This document shows positions 30,585 through 40,124 of a stretch of 64,000 bases of DNA, piece after piece. The position numbers and the translations under genes were made by a program. Positions within the stretch are counted from its first letter, which is position 1. Each line of letters starts with the position of its first letter. Origin of the DNA: an uncultured Desulfarculus sp. (lineage in GTDB: Bacteria; Desulfobacterota; Desulfarculia; Desulfarculales; Desulfarculaceae); the NCBI GenBank assembly GCA_963665125.2, contig CAXXUK010000001.1, positions 2,688,001 to 2,752,000 of the forward strand. Direction: 5' to 3'. The notes under the pieces were generated by a model, which saw only the letters and a list, made by a program, of their open reading frames with translations, made no database searches and was not told the origin of the DNA.

Positions 30585-31690
30585 TTGCCGCCTCCGGCCG
30601 GGGTTCGGCGGCCCAGCACTGCCGCCAGCCAGCGCCAGGAAAATTCATGGCGGCCCAGCAGGCCCCGGCGCATGAAGATCATGATCATAACCAGCAGCAG
30701 GCTGAAGATTACCATGCGCATGCCCGGAATTGCCGGGATGTCCAGCCCGATCAGCGGCACAGTGAAACCCTCTTCCACGAAGCGCAGGTGCTCCGAGCCG
30801 AAGGTGACCAGAAACGCGCCCAATAGCGCCCCGGTGGTGGAGCCCAGGCCGCCGATGACGATGATGATAAGCAATGTGAAGGTGAACAAGAAATCGAACT
30901 GTTTGGGGCTGATGGCCGTCAGCAGATGGGCTAAAAGCCCCCCGGCCACGCCCTCGAAAAAGGCGCTGGTGCAAAAGGCCAGCATCTTGTGCCAAAAGGC
31001 GTTGATGCCCATGGCCTCGGCGGCGGTCTCGTCCTCGCGCACGGCCTTCAGGGCCCGGCCGTAGGATGAGTTGACCAGGCGCACGATGACGAAAAGCGTC
31101 ACCCCCAACAGGCCCCAGGCCCACCATATATTTGTATCGCGGGGGATGCCCTTGAGCCCCAGGGGGCCGTTGGTCACGCTCTGGGCGTTTTCGGCCACCA
31201 CGCGGATCACCTCGCCGAAGCCCAGGGTGACGATGGCCAGATAGTCGCCTCGCACCCGGAATACCGGGAAGCCCATCAAAAAGGCCATCAGGGCCGTCAA
31301 CGACCCGGCGATGAGCAGGGCGGGCAACAAAGGTATGCAGAACTCGGACAGGGGCCAGACCAGGGGCTCCAGGATGAACGAAGCCATTTTTTCCTGGGGC
31401 GACAGGGTCAACAGGGCCGTGACATAGGCCCCGCAGGCCACGAAGGCGTTGGGCTCCAGGCTCAGCTGGCCGGTGACGCCGTTTATCAGGTTGTAGCTTA
31501 CGGCCAGGGTGGCGAACAGGGCGGCCATGGTCAGCATGTGTACCAGGTAGGGGTCGCCATGGCCGTCGAGCCAATACAACACCCAGGCCACGGCCAGGCA
31601 GAAGCCCACGGTGAGCATGTTGTCGCGGCCCCTGGTGGCGCTGCGCCGGGGCAAGGGCCCCAGGTCGAATATGCCGCCCAAAAGCCTCAC
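30581..31690 (-). CDS. livM: Branched-chain amino acid ABC transporter permease
   Basis: RVRGDYLAIVTLGFGE, GRALKAVREDE. Confidence 0.9.
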   Translation of the reverse strand: MRLLGGIFDLGPLPRRSATRGRDNMLTVGFCLAVAWVLYWLDGHGDPYLVHMLTMAALFATLAVSYNLINGVTGQLSLEPNAFVACGAYVTALLTLSPQEKMASFILEPLVWPLSEFCIPLLPALLIAGSLTALMAFLMGFPVFRVRGDYLAIVTLGFGEVIRVVAENAQSVTNGPLGLKGIPRDTNIWWAWGLLGVTLFVIVRLVNSSYGRALKAVREDETAAEAMGINAFWHKMLAFCTSAFFEGVAGGLLAHLLTAISPKQFDFLFTFTLLIIIVIGGLGSTTGALLGAFLVTFGSEHLRFVEEGFTVPLIGLDIPAIPGMRMVIFSLLLVMIMIFMRRGLLGRHEFSWRWLAAVLGRRTPAGGGK

Positions 31691-32574
31691 TCGGGCAGCT
31701 CCTGGCCCATGATGCCCGTTGGTCTGAACAGCAGGATCAAGATCAGCAGCAGAAAGGCCAGGGCGTCCTTATACCCGGCGATGGCCGGCAACAGGGCCAC
31801 CAGCATGATTTCCAGGAAGCCCAGGATCAATCCGCCCAGCATGGCCCCTGTGACGTTGCCGATGCCGCCCACCACGGCCGCGCTGAAGGCCTTGAGGCCG
31901 GGCATCACGCCCATGTTGGGGTTGATCTGGGGGTATTTCATGGCCCAGAACACGCCGCCCACGGCGGCCAGGGCCGAGCCGATTGCAAAGGTGTAGGCCA
32001 CGATGCGGTCGGTGTTGATGCCCATCAGCCGCACGGTGACCATGTCCCGGCTCAGGGCCCGCATGGCCATGCCCGTGCGCGTGCGGTGGATGATCAACAG
32101 AAGAGCAATACACAGCCCGGCGGTGATCACCGGCGTCCACAGGCTCAACGAGAGAATGCGTACGTCGCCGAAGTTGATGATCCGGTCGAAAATCTCGGGC
32201 CGGTAGAACGAACGGGGCCTGCCGCCGAAAATGACTATGCCCAGGTTTTCCAAAAGGAAACTGACGCCGATGGCCGTGATCAGGGCGCTGATGCGCGGCG
32301 CCGTGCGCAGGGGCCGGTAGGCGCCCTGGTCGATGAGCACGCCCAATAGCGCCGTCAGAGCCATGGCCCCCAAAAGTGAGGCCCACCACGGCAGATAAAA
32401 CATGGCCCCGCCGAAATAGGCCGCGTAGCAGCCCACCATCAGCACGTCGCCATGGGCGAAGTTGATCAGGCGCAGGATGCCGTAGACCAGGGTGTAGCCG
32501 ATGGCGATAAGGGCGTACAGGCTGCCCAGGCTCAGGCCGTTGACGACCTGCTGCAGAAAGTCGGCCAAATCCAT
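31687..32574 (-). CDS. livH: Branched-chain amino acid ABC transporter permease
   Basis: NGLSLGSLYALIAIGYTLVYGILRLINFAHG. Confidence 0.93.
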   Translation of the reverse strand: MDLADFLQQVVNGLSLGSLYALIAIGYTLVYGILRLINFAHGDVLMVGCYAAYFGGAMFYLPWWASLLGAMALTALLGVLIDQGAYRPLRTAPRISALITAIGVSFLLENLGIVIFGGRPRSFYRPEIFDRIINFGDVRILSLSLWTPVITAGLCIALLLIIHRTRTGMAMRALSRDMVTVRLMGINTDRIVAYTFAIGSALAAVGGVFWAMKYPQINPNMGVMPGLKAFSAAVVGGIGNVTGAMLGGLILGFLEIMLVALLPAIAGYKDALAFLLLILILLFRPTGIMGQELPE

Positions 32575-32575
32575 C

Positions 32576-33697
32576 CTACGGCTTCACTGTCTCCAAATAG
32601 GTGTATTTGCCGTCCTTGACCTGGAGGATCACCGCCGGTTTGACCGCGTCGTGGTTGATCAGGCTGATTGTGCCGCACACGCCGTCAAAGCCGCGCAGCC
32701 CGTCCAGGGCCTTTTGCACGGCCTCGGGGTTTGTGTTCCCGGCGGTCTTGAAAGCGTCCATCAAGATGTTGTAGCCGTCAAAGCCCAAGGCGCCCAGCGC
32801 GTCCGGGGACTTGCCGTATTCTTTCCGGTAAAGCTCGGAGTATTGTTTGCCCGTGGGGCTGTCGGCCCCTTCTTCGGCGAAGTGGGTCGTCAGATAAAGG
32901 CCCTCGGCCGCCTTGCCGCCGATCTGGACCACCTCGTCGGCCTGGGCCGCGTCGCCCGAGAGAAACGGCTGGCTCATGCCCATCTCCCTGGCCTGGCGCA
33001 GGATCAGCGGCTCCTGGGGCATATAGCCCGGCAGATAGATCACGTCCGGCTTGGCGGCCTTGATCACGCCCAGCTGGGCGCTGAACTCCTGGTCATTGGC
33101 CCCGTAGCGCACGATGCTTACTATCTTGCCGCCCAGTTTGGTAAAGGCCTGGCGGAAGTTCACCGACAGGCCCACGGAATAGTCCCGGCTGGTGTCGATC
33201 ATTATGGCCGCCGAGCGGGCGCCCAATTTTTCATAGGCGAACTTGGCCGCCACCACGCCCTGGAAGCTGTCGGCGAAACAAGTGCGGAACAGCCACTTGC
33301 GGCCCGGAGTCACCGCCGGGTTGGTGGCCCAGGCGGCGATCATGGGCTTTTGCATGCGCTCGGCAACGTCCGAGGCGGCCATGGTCGGACTGCTGGACAG
33401 GGGGCCGATGATGGCGTCGACGTTTTGCTTGGCATAGAGGCGGGTGGCCGCGTTGACCGACTCGATCTTTTCCGAGCGGTTGTCGGTGACGATCAGTTCC
33501 ACCTTGCGACCCAAGACCTCGGGTTGGAGCTTGTGCGCCAGTTGGATGCCCTTGAGGCCCATGTCGCCGTAGGCGGCTGCCGGGCCGGTTATGGGCAGAA
33601 TCACGCCGATTTTGATGGGATCCTCGGCCAGGGCAACCGCGGTGGAACCCAGGCACAGAACCATGCCGAGGACGCTGAAAAATACTCTTTTAATCAT
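32576..33697 (-). CDS. ABC transporter substrate-binding protein (LivK family)
   Basis: Signal peptide; IKIGVILPITG, ATNPAVT, FRTCFADSFQG. Confidence 0.92.
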   Translation of the reverse strand: MIKRVFFSVLGMVLCLGSTAVALAEDPIKIGVILPITGPAAAYGDMGLKGIQLAHKLQPEVLGRKVELIVTDNRSEKIESVNAATRLYAKQNVDAIIGPLSSSPTMAASDVAERMQKPMIAAWATNPAVTPGRKWLFRTCFADSFQGVVAAKFAYEKLGARSAAIMIDTSRDYSVGLSVNFRQAFTKLGGKIVSIVRYGANDQEFSAQLGVIKAAKPDVIYLPGYMPQEPLILRQAREMGMSQPFLSGDAAQADEVVQIGGKAAEGLYLTTHFAEEGADSPTGKQYSELYRKEYGKSPDALGALGFDGYNILMDAFKTAGNTNPEAVQKALDGLRGFDGVCGTISLINHDAVKPAVILQVKDGKYTYLETVKP

Positions 33698-33720
33698 GGC
33701 GGATCGTTCCCCTCGGATGG

Positions 33721-34902
33721 TTATTTGGCTTTTATGTCGGTCACATAGGCAAACTTGCCGTTTTCGACCTTGAGTACGGCCACGTCTTTTACGGCATTGC
33801 CGTCCGGACCGATGACAAATCTGCCCGTAACAGCTTCATAGCCGGCCGGATCGATGATGGACTGGCGCAGTTTTTCGCTGTCAATGGTCCCCGCCCTCTC
33901 AAGGGCGTCGCGCAGCACGAAATAGGCGTCGGCCCCCTGCACATGAAAGGCCGTGACGTCGTCGGAGACCTTGCCCGCTTCCCTGGCCTCCTTGAAGCGC
34001 TTGAAAAAGGTCCGGGCCCGGTCGTTTGGCGCGGCCACGGGGTTGTATTGGGCCGTGAACATCAGGCCCTCCACGGCCGGTCCGCCGATCTGCAACAGCT
34101 CCGGCGCGTGGGCCCCGTCGCCGCTGAATATGGGAATGTCCACGCCCATTTCCTTGGCCTGGCGGGCCACCAGGGCGTCCTCGGTGTAGTAGTTGGGCAG
34201 GTAGAGGACCTCGGCCCCGGAGCGTTTGATGGTGGTCAGTTGGGCCGTGAAGTCCTGGGCGTCGCGGTTGAATTTGGCCACGGCCACGATCTTGCCGCCC
34301 AGCTGGCGAAAATCACTCATGAAATAACCGGCTAGGCCCACGGCATAGTCCTGGCTGACGTCGATGAGTACGGCGGCCTGTTTCTTGCCCATGACATTGT
34401 AAAGATATTGCGCCGCAGCATAGCCCTGCACCGGATCAAGGAAACAAACCCTGAAGGCGTATTTCTTGCCCTGGGTGACCATGGGGTTGGTGGCCGTGGG
34501 CGAGATCATCGGCACCTTGGACATCTCGGCGATGTCGCCGGCGGTCATGGACGGCGAACTGGTCGCCGGGCCCAGAATGGCCGCGACCTTTTCCTTTTTG
34601 ATCAGCCGTGTCGCGCCGTTGGTCGACTCGGTGGTGTCGCCTTTGTTGTCAACTATGAAAAACTCGATGGGCCGCCCCATTGCCGTGGGCTCCATGGCCT
34701 GGGCCAGTTGCATGCCCTCCAGGGCCATCTGGCCGTAACCGGCCACCGCGCCGGTCAGCGGAAGAAGAACGCCGACCTTGATGGGCTCAGGGTCGGCGGC
34801 TCGGACCGGGGTTGGCAGCAGCCCGGCGGCAATAAAAAACAGGGCCATTACGGCCCCGCAAATCGTAATACGAATTCGATTATGGCGGGCTGCACCAATC
34901 AT
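33721..34902 (-). CDS. ABC transporter substrate-binding protein (LivK family), second paralog
   Basis: Signal peptide; IKVGVLLPLTG, ATNPMVT, FRVCFLDPVQG. Confidence 0.92.
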   Translation of the reverse strand: MIGAARHNRIRITICGAVMALFFIAAGLLPTPVRAADPEPIKVGVLLPLTGAVAGYGQMALEGMQLAQAMEPTAMGRPIEFFIVDNKGDTTESTNGATRLIKKEKVAAILGPATSSPSMTAGDIAEMSKVPMISPTATNPMVTQGKKYAFRVCFLDPVQGYAAAQYLYNVMGKKQAAVLIDVSQDYAVGLAGYFMSDFRQLGGKIVAVAKFNRDAQDFTAQLTTIKRSGAEVLYLPNYYTEDALVARQAKEMGVDIPIFSGDGAHAPELLQIGGPAVEGLMFTAQYNPVAAPNDRARTFFKRFKEAREAGKVSDDVTAFHVQGADAYFVLRDALERAGTIDSEKLRQSIIDPAGYEAVTGRFVIGPDGNAVKDVAVLKVENGKFAYVTDIKAK

Positions 34903-35001
34903 TTACCATCTCCCACATTTGTCAGAAAACCGGAGAGCCGCCTAATGTGGCTTCCCTTCATCTGTTTAGCACAACGGTAAATTTAGATCAACCAACCAAG
35001 C

Positions 35002-36180
35002 TTACGGATATAGCATGTGTGGCGCCTTCCTTTGCCGCCACCGGTCCAGCCCGGATTGCCAGCGCTCCAACATGAGCAGGCAGCGCTCACCGGCCAACAG
35101 GCCGTCCACGGCCTTGGCGTCGCCCAGCAGCAGGTCCAGGGGCCGCCGCTCGTATTCGTATTCATAGGGCGGCGGGCGCAGGCCCCACAGGCCGGGGTGG
35201 GCCCGGTTTATGGCCGAAAGCACGGCGCAGGAGGCTCGCACCGAACGAAACGCCTGATTGTCCGTTACATGCATCTGAAAGCCGCCGCAGATCTCGCCGG
35301 CGTATTTGTGGAATGTCGGCTCAAAGAACAGGGGCCGCAGATGGGCCCCGGCCAGGGCATCGGCCTCGACGGTCTCCAGTACGGCCCATGGGTCCAGGCC
35401 CGGCGCGCCGAATATCTCGAAGGGCCTGGTGGTGCCCCGGCCCTCGCTGAGGGTCGTGCCCTCCAAAAGCACCTGGCCGGGATAGACCAGGGCCGTATCC
35501 AGGGTGGGCATGTTGGGCGATGGCAGGACCCAGGGCAGACCGGTACCGCTGAAATCAGAGCCGTCCCATCCGGATGCGGCGATCACCTCGAGTTCAAGGT
35601 CCAGGCCCCGTTCAGAGGCCACCAGCCGGGCCAGTTCGCCCATGCTCAGGCCGTGGCGCAGGGGTATTTCATGGGCCCCCACAAAACTCATCAGCTCCGG
35701 CGGCAGGATCGGCCCCTCGGCCCCCCGGCCGATGGGGTTGGGCCGGTCCAGCACCCACACGGCCAGGCCCGCCTCGGCGCACTGTTCCAGGCAGGCCACC
35801 ATGGTGCTGAAAAATGTATAAACCCGGCAGCCCACGTCTACCATGTCGATGAGCAGGGCGTCCAGGCCCTCCAGCCAGGCCGGTTCAGGCGAGCGGGTCC
35901 GGCCGTAGAGCGAATACACCGGCAGACCCAGGCGGGGGTGTCTGCCGTGGCCGCTTTCGATCATGTTGTCCTGCTTGTCGGCGTAAAACCCATGTTGGGG
36001 GCCGAAGATGGTCCTCAGCGCGCCGGGCATGGCGTTTTCAATGGCCTCGGGGGCCGGGGTGAGGTCCGCCGTTACGGCGGCCGAGCTGCAAACCAGGCCC
36101 AAGCGTCCGTTCGCCAGGCGGTCCGGCGGATCGGCGCAGAGGATCTCCAGGCCGGTCCTGATACGATTGGCGGCAGTCAT
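35002..36180 (-). CDS. namZ: Exo-beta-N-acetylmuramidase NamZ family (DUF1343)
   Basis: FGPQHG, YSLYG, DVGCRVYTF, LDRPNP, PSPNMP, SEGRGTTRPFE. Confidence 0.9.
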   Translation of the reverse strand: MTAANRIRTGLEILCADPPDRLANGRLGLVCSSAAVTADLTPAPEAIENAMPGALRTIFGPQHGFYADKQDNMIESGHGRHPRLGLPVYSLYGRTRSPEPAWLEGLDALLIDMVDVGCRVYTFFSTMVACLEQCAEAGLAVWVLDRPNPIGRGAEGPILPPELMSFVGAHEIPLRHGLSMGELARLVASERGLDLELEVIAASGWDGSDFSGTGLPWVLPSPNMPTLDTALVYPGQVLLEGTTLSEGRGTTRPFEIFGAPGLDPWAVLETVEADALAGAHLRPLFFEPTFHKYAGEICGGFQMHVTDNQAFRSVRASCAVLSAINRAHPGLWGLRPPPYEYEYERRPLDLLLGDAKAVDGLLAGERCLLMLERWQSGLDRWRQRKAPHMLYP

Positions 36181-36275
36181 AAAGCGTGCGCCTCCTTTGC
36201 CGGGGCATTATAGCCCGGAAATCCCGCCAGACCCAAGCTCCGGTTCTGCTTTCGCCCCGGCCCGCCGCCTGATAT

Positions 36276-36310
36276 AAAAAAAGGGTCCCGGTCGGCTGTT
36301 CCGGGACCCT
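36276..36310 (-). terminator. Intrinsic terminator of the candidate sRNA
   Basis: AGGGTCCCGG / CCGGGACCCT 10-bp stem followed by a T run on the minus strand. Confidence 0.8.
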
Positions 36311-36429
36311 CGGGGAGGAGGGAGGAAAGGGGTTCTGGCTTGTTTCCAACGTGAGAGGGGGCTTACCGCCGGAAACTTGTCCAAAACTGGTGTGACCCAT
36401 TCGGTGTTCACCGATACCCTTCACTCTTG
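36276..36429 (-). ncRNA. Candidate sRNA (~155 nt) with C/U-rich anti-SD tracts
   Basis: Own sigma70 promoter and intrinsic terminator; internal stem with CCCCCUCUC loop; CCCCUUUCCUCCCUCCUCCCC tract before the terminator; 5' end estimated from the promoter. Confidence 0.65.
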
Positions 36430-36435
36430 AATAAA

Positions 36436-36464
36436 AGGTTAAGGCCGACACTTGCACATGTCAA
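36436..36464 (-). promoter_or_regulatory. Sigma70 promoter of the candidate sRNA
   Basis: TTGACA (36464-36459), N17, TAACCT (36441-36436). Confidence 0.7.
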
Positions 36465-36491
36465 CGTCTATACATAAAAAGGTGTAAAAAG

Positions 36492-37592
36492 ATGAGCACA
36501 AGAGAAATCGCTTGTCATCTGGGTGGGCACCACCATCACGACCATTCCCATGAACACGACCGGGGCGGCAGCCCACCGCCCGAATACGCGCCTCCTCTGG
36601 TCGAACTGGCCCGTGGCGGGCTCACCGAGAGCCTGCACCGTGGAGCCGTCGCCGTTTGTTCGCCCGACGGCAAACGCCAGCGGGGCCTGGGCCATCCGGC
36701 CATGCCCACCTTCATGCGCTCGGCGGCAAAACCCTTGCAGGCCCTGCCGGTGATCTTCAGCGGCGCGGCGGAGGCCTATGGCCTAACGGACGCCGAACTG
36801 GCCTGCATGTGTGGTTCACTCAACGGCGAGGATTTCCAGGTGGCCGCCGTGACCAGCGCCCTGGCCAAGGCGGGTCTGAGCCCCGATCTATTGAACTGCG
36901 GCGTGCATATGCCCTCCCACAAACCCACGGCCGCGGCCATGCGCAAGGCCGGGCAAAAGCCAACGCCCGTGCAAAACAATTGCGCGGGCAAACACGCGGC
37001 CATGCTGATCCTCTGCGCCCATCTTGGCCACCCCACAGAGGGCTACGACCGCCCTGCCCATCCGGTGCAGCGGCTGGTCCTGGAGACCGTGGCCGCCTGG
37101 TGCCGCTATCCGGCCGAACAGATCGGCGTAGGCATCGACGGCTGCGGCGTGCCGGTGTTCCGGGTGCCCCTGGTGGCCCTGGCCGGGGCCTACGCCCGCC
37201 TGGCCAAACCCGAGGATTCAGGCCTGCCCGAGGATCAGATCGCGGCGGCCAAACAGCTGATGGCGGCGTGCCTGGCCCACCCGGAGATGATCGCCGGAAA
37301 CGGCAGGCTCTGCACCGAGTTGATGCGGGCCGCTCCGGGCAAGTTCCTGGCCAAGACCGGGGCCGAGGGCTCCTATGCCGTAGCCATCCCTGAGCTTGGC
37401 CTGGGCCTGGCCGTGCAGATCGAAGACGGCAACATGCGGGCCCTGGGTCCGGCGGTGTGTCAGGCGCTGCATATCCTGGGCCTGCTGGGACATGATGAAC
37501 TGGACGGAGGTCTGATGGACTTTGCCCTTCCCAAGCTGAAAAACCATCGCGGCGAGGAAGTGGCCCAGTTGCGGCCGGTGTTCGACCTATGA
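36492..37592 (+). CDS. Rhizobium etli-type (class 3) asparaginase family protein
   Basis: RSAAKPLQ, NNCAGKH, DGCG, KTGAEG motifs; His-rich N-terminus. Confidence 0.88.
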   Translation: MSTREIACHLGGHHHHDHSHEHDRGGSPPPEYAPPLVELARGGLTESLHRGAVAVCSPDGKRQRGLGHPAMPTFMRSAAKPLQALPVIFSGAAEAYGLTDAELACMCGSLNGEDFQVAAVTSALAKAGLSPDLLNCGVHMPSHKPTAAAMRKAGQKPTPVQNNCAGKHAAMLILCAHLGHPTEGYDRPAHPVQRLVLETVAAWCRYPAEQIGVGIDGCGVPVFRVPLVALAGAYARLAKPEDSGLPEDQIAAAKQLMAACLAHPEMIAGNGRLCTELMRAAPGKFLAKTGAEGSYAVAIPELGLGLAVQIEDGNMRALGPAVCQALHILGLLGHDELDGGLMDFALPKLKNHRGEEVAQLRPVFDL

Positions 37593-38356
37593 GCGATCTG
37601 GGCTATAGGGCCGACATCTGGCGCCTGCGCCAGGGGGCCGAACCGGTCAAAGGGCCGGACCTCATGGCCGAAGAGCAGCCCATAACGCTGGTCATCGGCG
37701 GCCACGAGGCGGCCACGCTCATGGCCACCCCCCTCAACCTGGAAGCCTGGGCCGCTGGTTATTGTCTGACTATGGGCTGGGCCTCTCCCGCCGATCCGCC
37801 GCCGATTGTGCGCCAAGACAGCCACTCGGTCATGGTGGATCTGGCGGACGGCCCGCCTCCCGATGCCGGGGCCAGGGCCACCGGCGGCGGGCCCATGGGC
37901 CCCAGCGACGCACCGCCCCTGGGTCCCGGCCCAGCCGTGGATATCGTCCAGGTCATGGACTTCACCACCCGCATGGCCGGGTCCCAGGAATTGTTCAAGG
38001 CCACCGGAGCCACCCACGCCGCGGCCCTGTTTGACGCCGGAGGCCGGATGCTGGCCATGGGCGAAGACGTGGGCCGTCATAATGCCGTGGACAAGGCCGT
38101 TGGCGAGGCCTGGCTTTCCGGTAAACTTGACAGGGCGGCGGCGGCGGCTCTGAGCGGGCGGATCAGCCTGGAAATGGCCCTGAAGGTCGCCCGGGCCGGT
38201 GTGCCCATGGTAATTAGCGTTTCCGCGCCCACGGCCCAGGCAGTGCGCAAGGCCAAGGAAATCGGCCTTTGCGTTTGCGGCTTTTCGCGCAACAAGCGCA
38301 TCAACATTTACGCAAATCCCCAGCGCATTGCCTTTCGGGGCAAGCCGCTCGCGTAA
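37589..38356 (+). CDS. fdhD: FdhD/NarQ-family protein (catalytic Cys loop not seen)
   Basis: EEQPI, MATP, TGATHAAA, EDVGRHNAVDK, SGRISLEM..K, VSAPT. Confidence 0.85.
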   Translation: MSDLGYRADIWRLRQGAEPVKGPDLMAEEQPITLVIGGHEAATLMATPLNLEAWAAGYCLTMGWASPADPPPIVRQDSHSVMVDLADGPPPDAGARATGGGPMGPSDAPPLGPGPAVDIVQVMDFTTRMAGSQELFKATGATHAAALFDAGGRMLAMGEDVGRHNAVDKAVGEAWLSGKLDRAAAAALSGRISLEMALKVARAGVPMVISVSAPTAQAVRKAKEIGLCVCGFSRNKRINIYANPQRIAFRGKPLA

Positions 38357-38370
38357 CCGGAAGGATCGGT

Positions 38371-38835
38371 ATGGACCTCCAAGCAGCGGAAAAGTTCAAG
38401 AGCTTCAGGCCGTCATGGCAATCGTTCGGCGTATACATTTTTGGCGCCGTGGTGCTGGGCGTGGGGCCCATGCTCAACCCCAACACCGTCATTTCTCCTG
38501 CGGTGGGCCAACTTTTTGCCACGCTGTTCGTGGCCTTTATCCTGATTAAACGCATGACCAACTTATACCAGGTCTCGTCTGAGGGCATCCTGGCCGCCAC
38601 CAGCTTTCCCAAAAACCATGTAGAGGTCGTCAAAATGGACGACGTCAGGCGCATAGACCTGCGCCGGGCCATCAGTCAGCGTGTCCTTGGGGTGGCCCAC
38701 GTGCATATATACGTCGAAGGCCAGGATGGACCGGCCATCAAGCTGTTCGGAGTGACCGAGCCGGCAAAGTTCAAGCAATTGCTTTTAGATTACGGGGCCA
38801 CCGATACACCTGTATACGGAGCTTTCCGTAAATAG
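38371..38835 (+). CDS. Membrane protein with bacterial PH domain (bPH_2-like)
   Basis: Two TM segments then Y.V..., VRRIDLRRAISQRVLGV; start MDLQAAEK. Confidence 0.65.
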   Translation: MDLQAAEKFKSFRPSWQSFGVYIFGAVVLGVGPMLNPNTVISPAVGQLFATLFVAFILIKRMTNLYQVSSEGILAATSFPKNHVEVVKMDDVRRIDLRRAISQRVLGVAHVHIYVEGQDGPAIKLFGVTEPAKFKQLLLDYGATDTPVYGAFRK

Positions 38836-38951
38836 TCGTAATTAACGATACTGTGCGTTGACACTGCGTATTGGCCCGTGATAGACGGTTGTTATAAGCA
38901 TCAACAAAAAATACTTTTTCGGACCACAAATCCTTTAAGGAGGCTTTAGAT

Positions 38952-39284
38952 ATGACGGCATTAATCGGCGGCGTCATCGCCGTGGTTTTGGGCCTAATCG
39001 GCATCATTGGTTGGTGGAGCGAATTTATCGACCTGCTGCAGGGTGCGGTCCCGATCCTGCTGCTGCTGGGCGGCGCTTTGGCTGTCTACCTTGGTTCCGA
39101 GGAGCTCAAGGACAAACGCCGGGCCGAACTGGAAGCGGCACAGGCCCCGTTCGCCCCCAGCACGGCCGGCGGCGATGATGAAGTGGAAAAGTACAAGAGC
39201 GAGGTCGCCGAACTCAAGGCCAAGCTGGAAGCCATGGAAAACAGCGAGGCCGAGCCCTCTGAGGAAGAGGAAAAGACCGAATAG
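38952..39284 (+). CDS. Hypothetical membrane protein with coiled-coil, acidic tail
   Basis: GGAGG RBS; two hydrophobic helices followed by a charged tail. Confidence 0.75.
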   Translation: MTALIGGVIAVVLGLIGIIGWWSEFIDLLQGAVPILLLLGGALAVYLGSEELKDKRRAELEAAQAPFAPSTAGGDDEVEKYKSEVAELKAKLEAMENSEAEPSEEEEKTE

Positions 39285-39297
39285 GGCGGCGCCCGCC

Positions 39298-40089
39298 GTG
39301 GACCAAAAAAACAAAAACGCTCGGCTGTTTCTCTGGAACGGCCGGGCGCTTTTTTTCGGCCCTGCCGGCGAGGCGGACACCCACAGCCACCAGGCCCTAC
39401 AAATCGTGGTCGCGTCGGGAAAAAGGCTGCGCCTGCACCATGACGGCCGCTGGCACGAACACAAGGCCGCCATAATCCGCCCCGACGGGCCCCACCGGCT
39501 CCACCCCGGCGACGATCCTCACTTACTGCTGCTGTTGGACCCGCAGTCTGAACAGGCCTTGGCCCTGGCGGCGCTACTGCCCCGGGGCGCGGACGCCATG
39601 GGTCTGGACCTGCCGAACGCATCCGCCTTTACCAAGGGCATGGCCGCCATCGGCGCGAATGAGCAGCCCTGTCTGGCGGCTTCGGACTTGGCCGACCGTT
39701 TGACCAAGGACGTCATCGGCGAAACGCCATCCGGCATGCCGCTGGACCCGAGAGTGCGAGCGGCGGCCCAGGCCATCCGCAACCTGCCGTCCGGCAAGGT
39801 TAAGCTGGCCGAGATAGCTGCATCGGTGGGCACTTCGGAAAGCAGGCTTTCGCATCTGTTCCGCCAACAGATGGGCCTGCCCATGCAGCGCTATCTGCTT
39901 TGGCAGCGGCTGTTGCGGGCAGCCGCCCTGGCCGCCTCGGGCGCGGACCTCACCCTTACGGCCCATAAAGCCAGCTTTGCCGACTCGGCCCACTTTAGCC
40001 GCAACTTCAAACAGATGTTCGGCCTGAGCCCCTCAATCATTTTTAAAAAAAGCGGATTTGTTCAAGTCATTACCTGTGGCAGCAACTAG
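39298..40089 (+). CDS. AraC-family transcriptional regulator
   Basis: GTG start inferred; HSHQALQI cupin-like N-terminus; SESRLSHLFRQQMG...FADSAHFSRNFKQMFGLSPS. Confidence 0.88.
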   Translation: MDQKNKNARLFLWNGRALFFGPAGEADTHSHQALQIVVASGKRLRLHHDGRWHEHKAAIIRPDGPHRLHPGDDPHLLLLLDPQSEQALALAALLPRGADAMGLDLPNASAFTKGMAAIGANEQPCLAASDLADRLTKDVIGETPSGMPLDPRVRAAAQAIRNLPSGKVKLAEIAASVGTSESRLSHLFRQQMGLPMQRYLLWQRLLRAAALAASGADLTLTAHKASFADSAHFSRNFKQMFGLSPSIIFKKSGFVQVITCGSN

Positions 40090-40124
40090 GCTTCAAGGCA
40101 CGTTCATTCGAATGGAGGTGCAAG

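Noticed and set aside
36276..36429. 6S RNA, tRNA or riboswitch identity for the candidate sRNA; small ORFs 36208-36411 and 36038-36457
   Set aside because: No long 6S-type rod with central bubble, no cloverleaf, no aptamer motif recognised; both ORFs run through the terminator and lack a clear RBS
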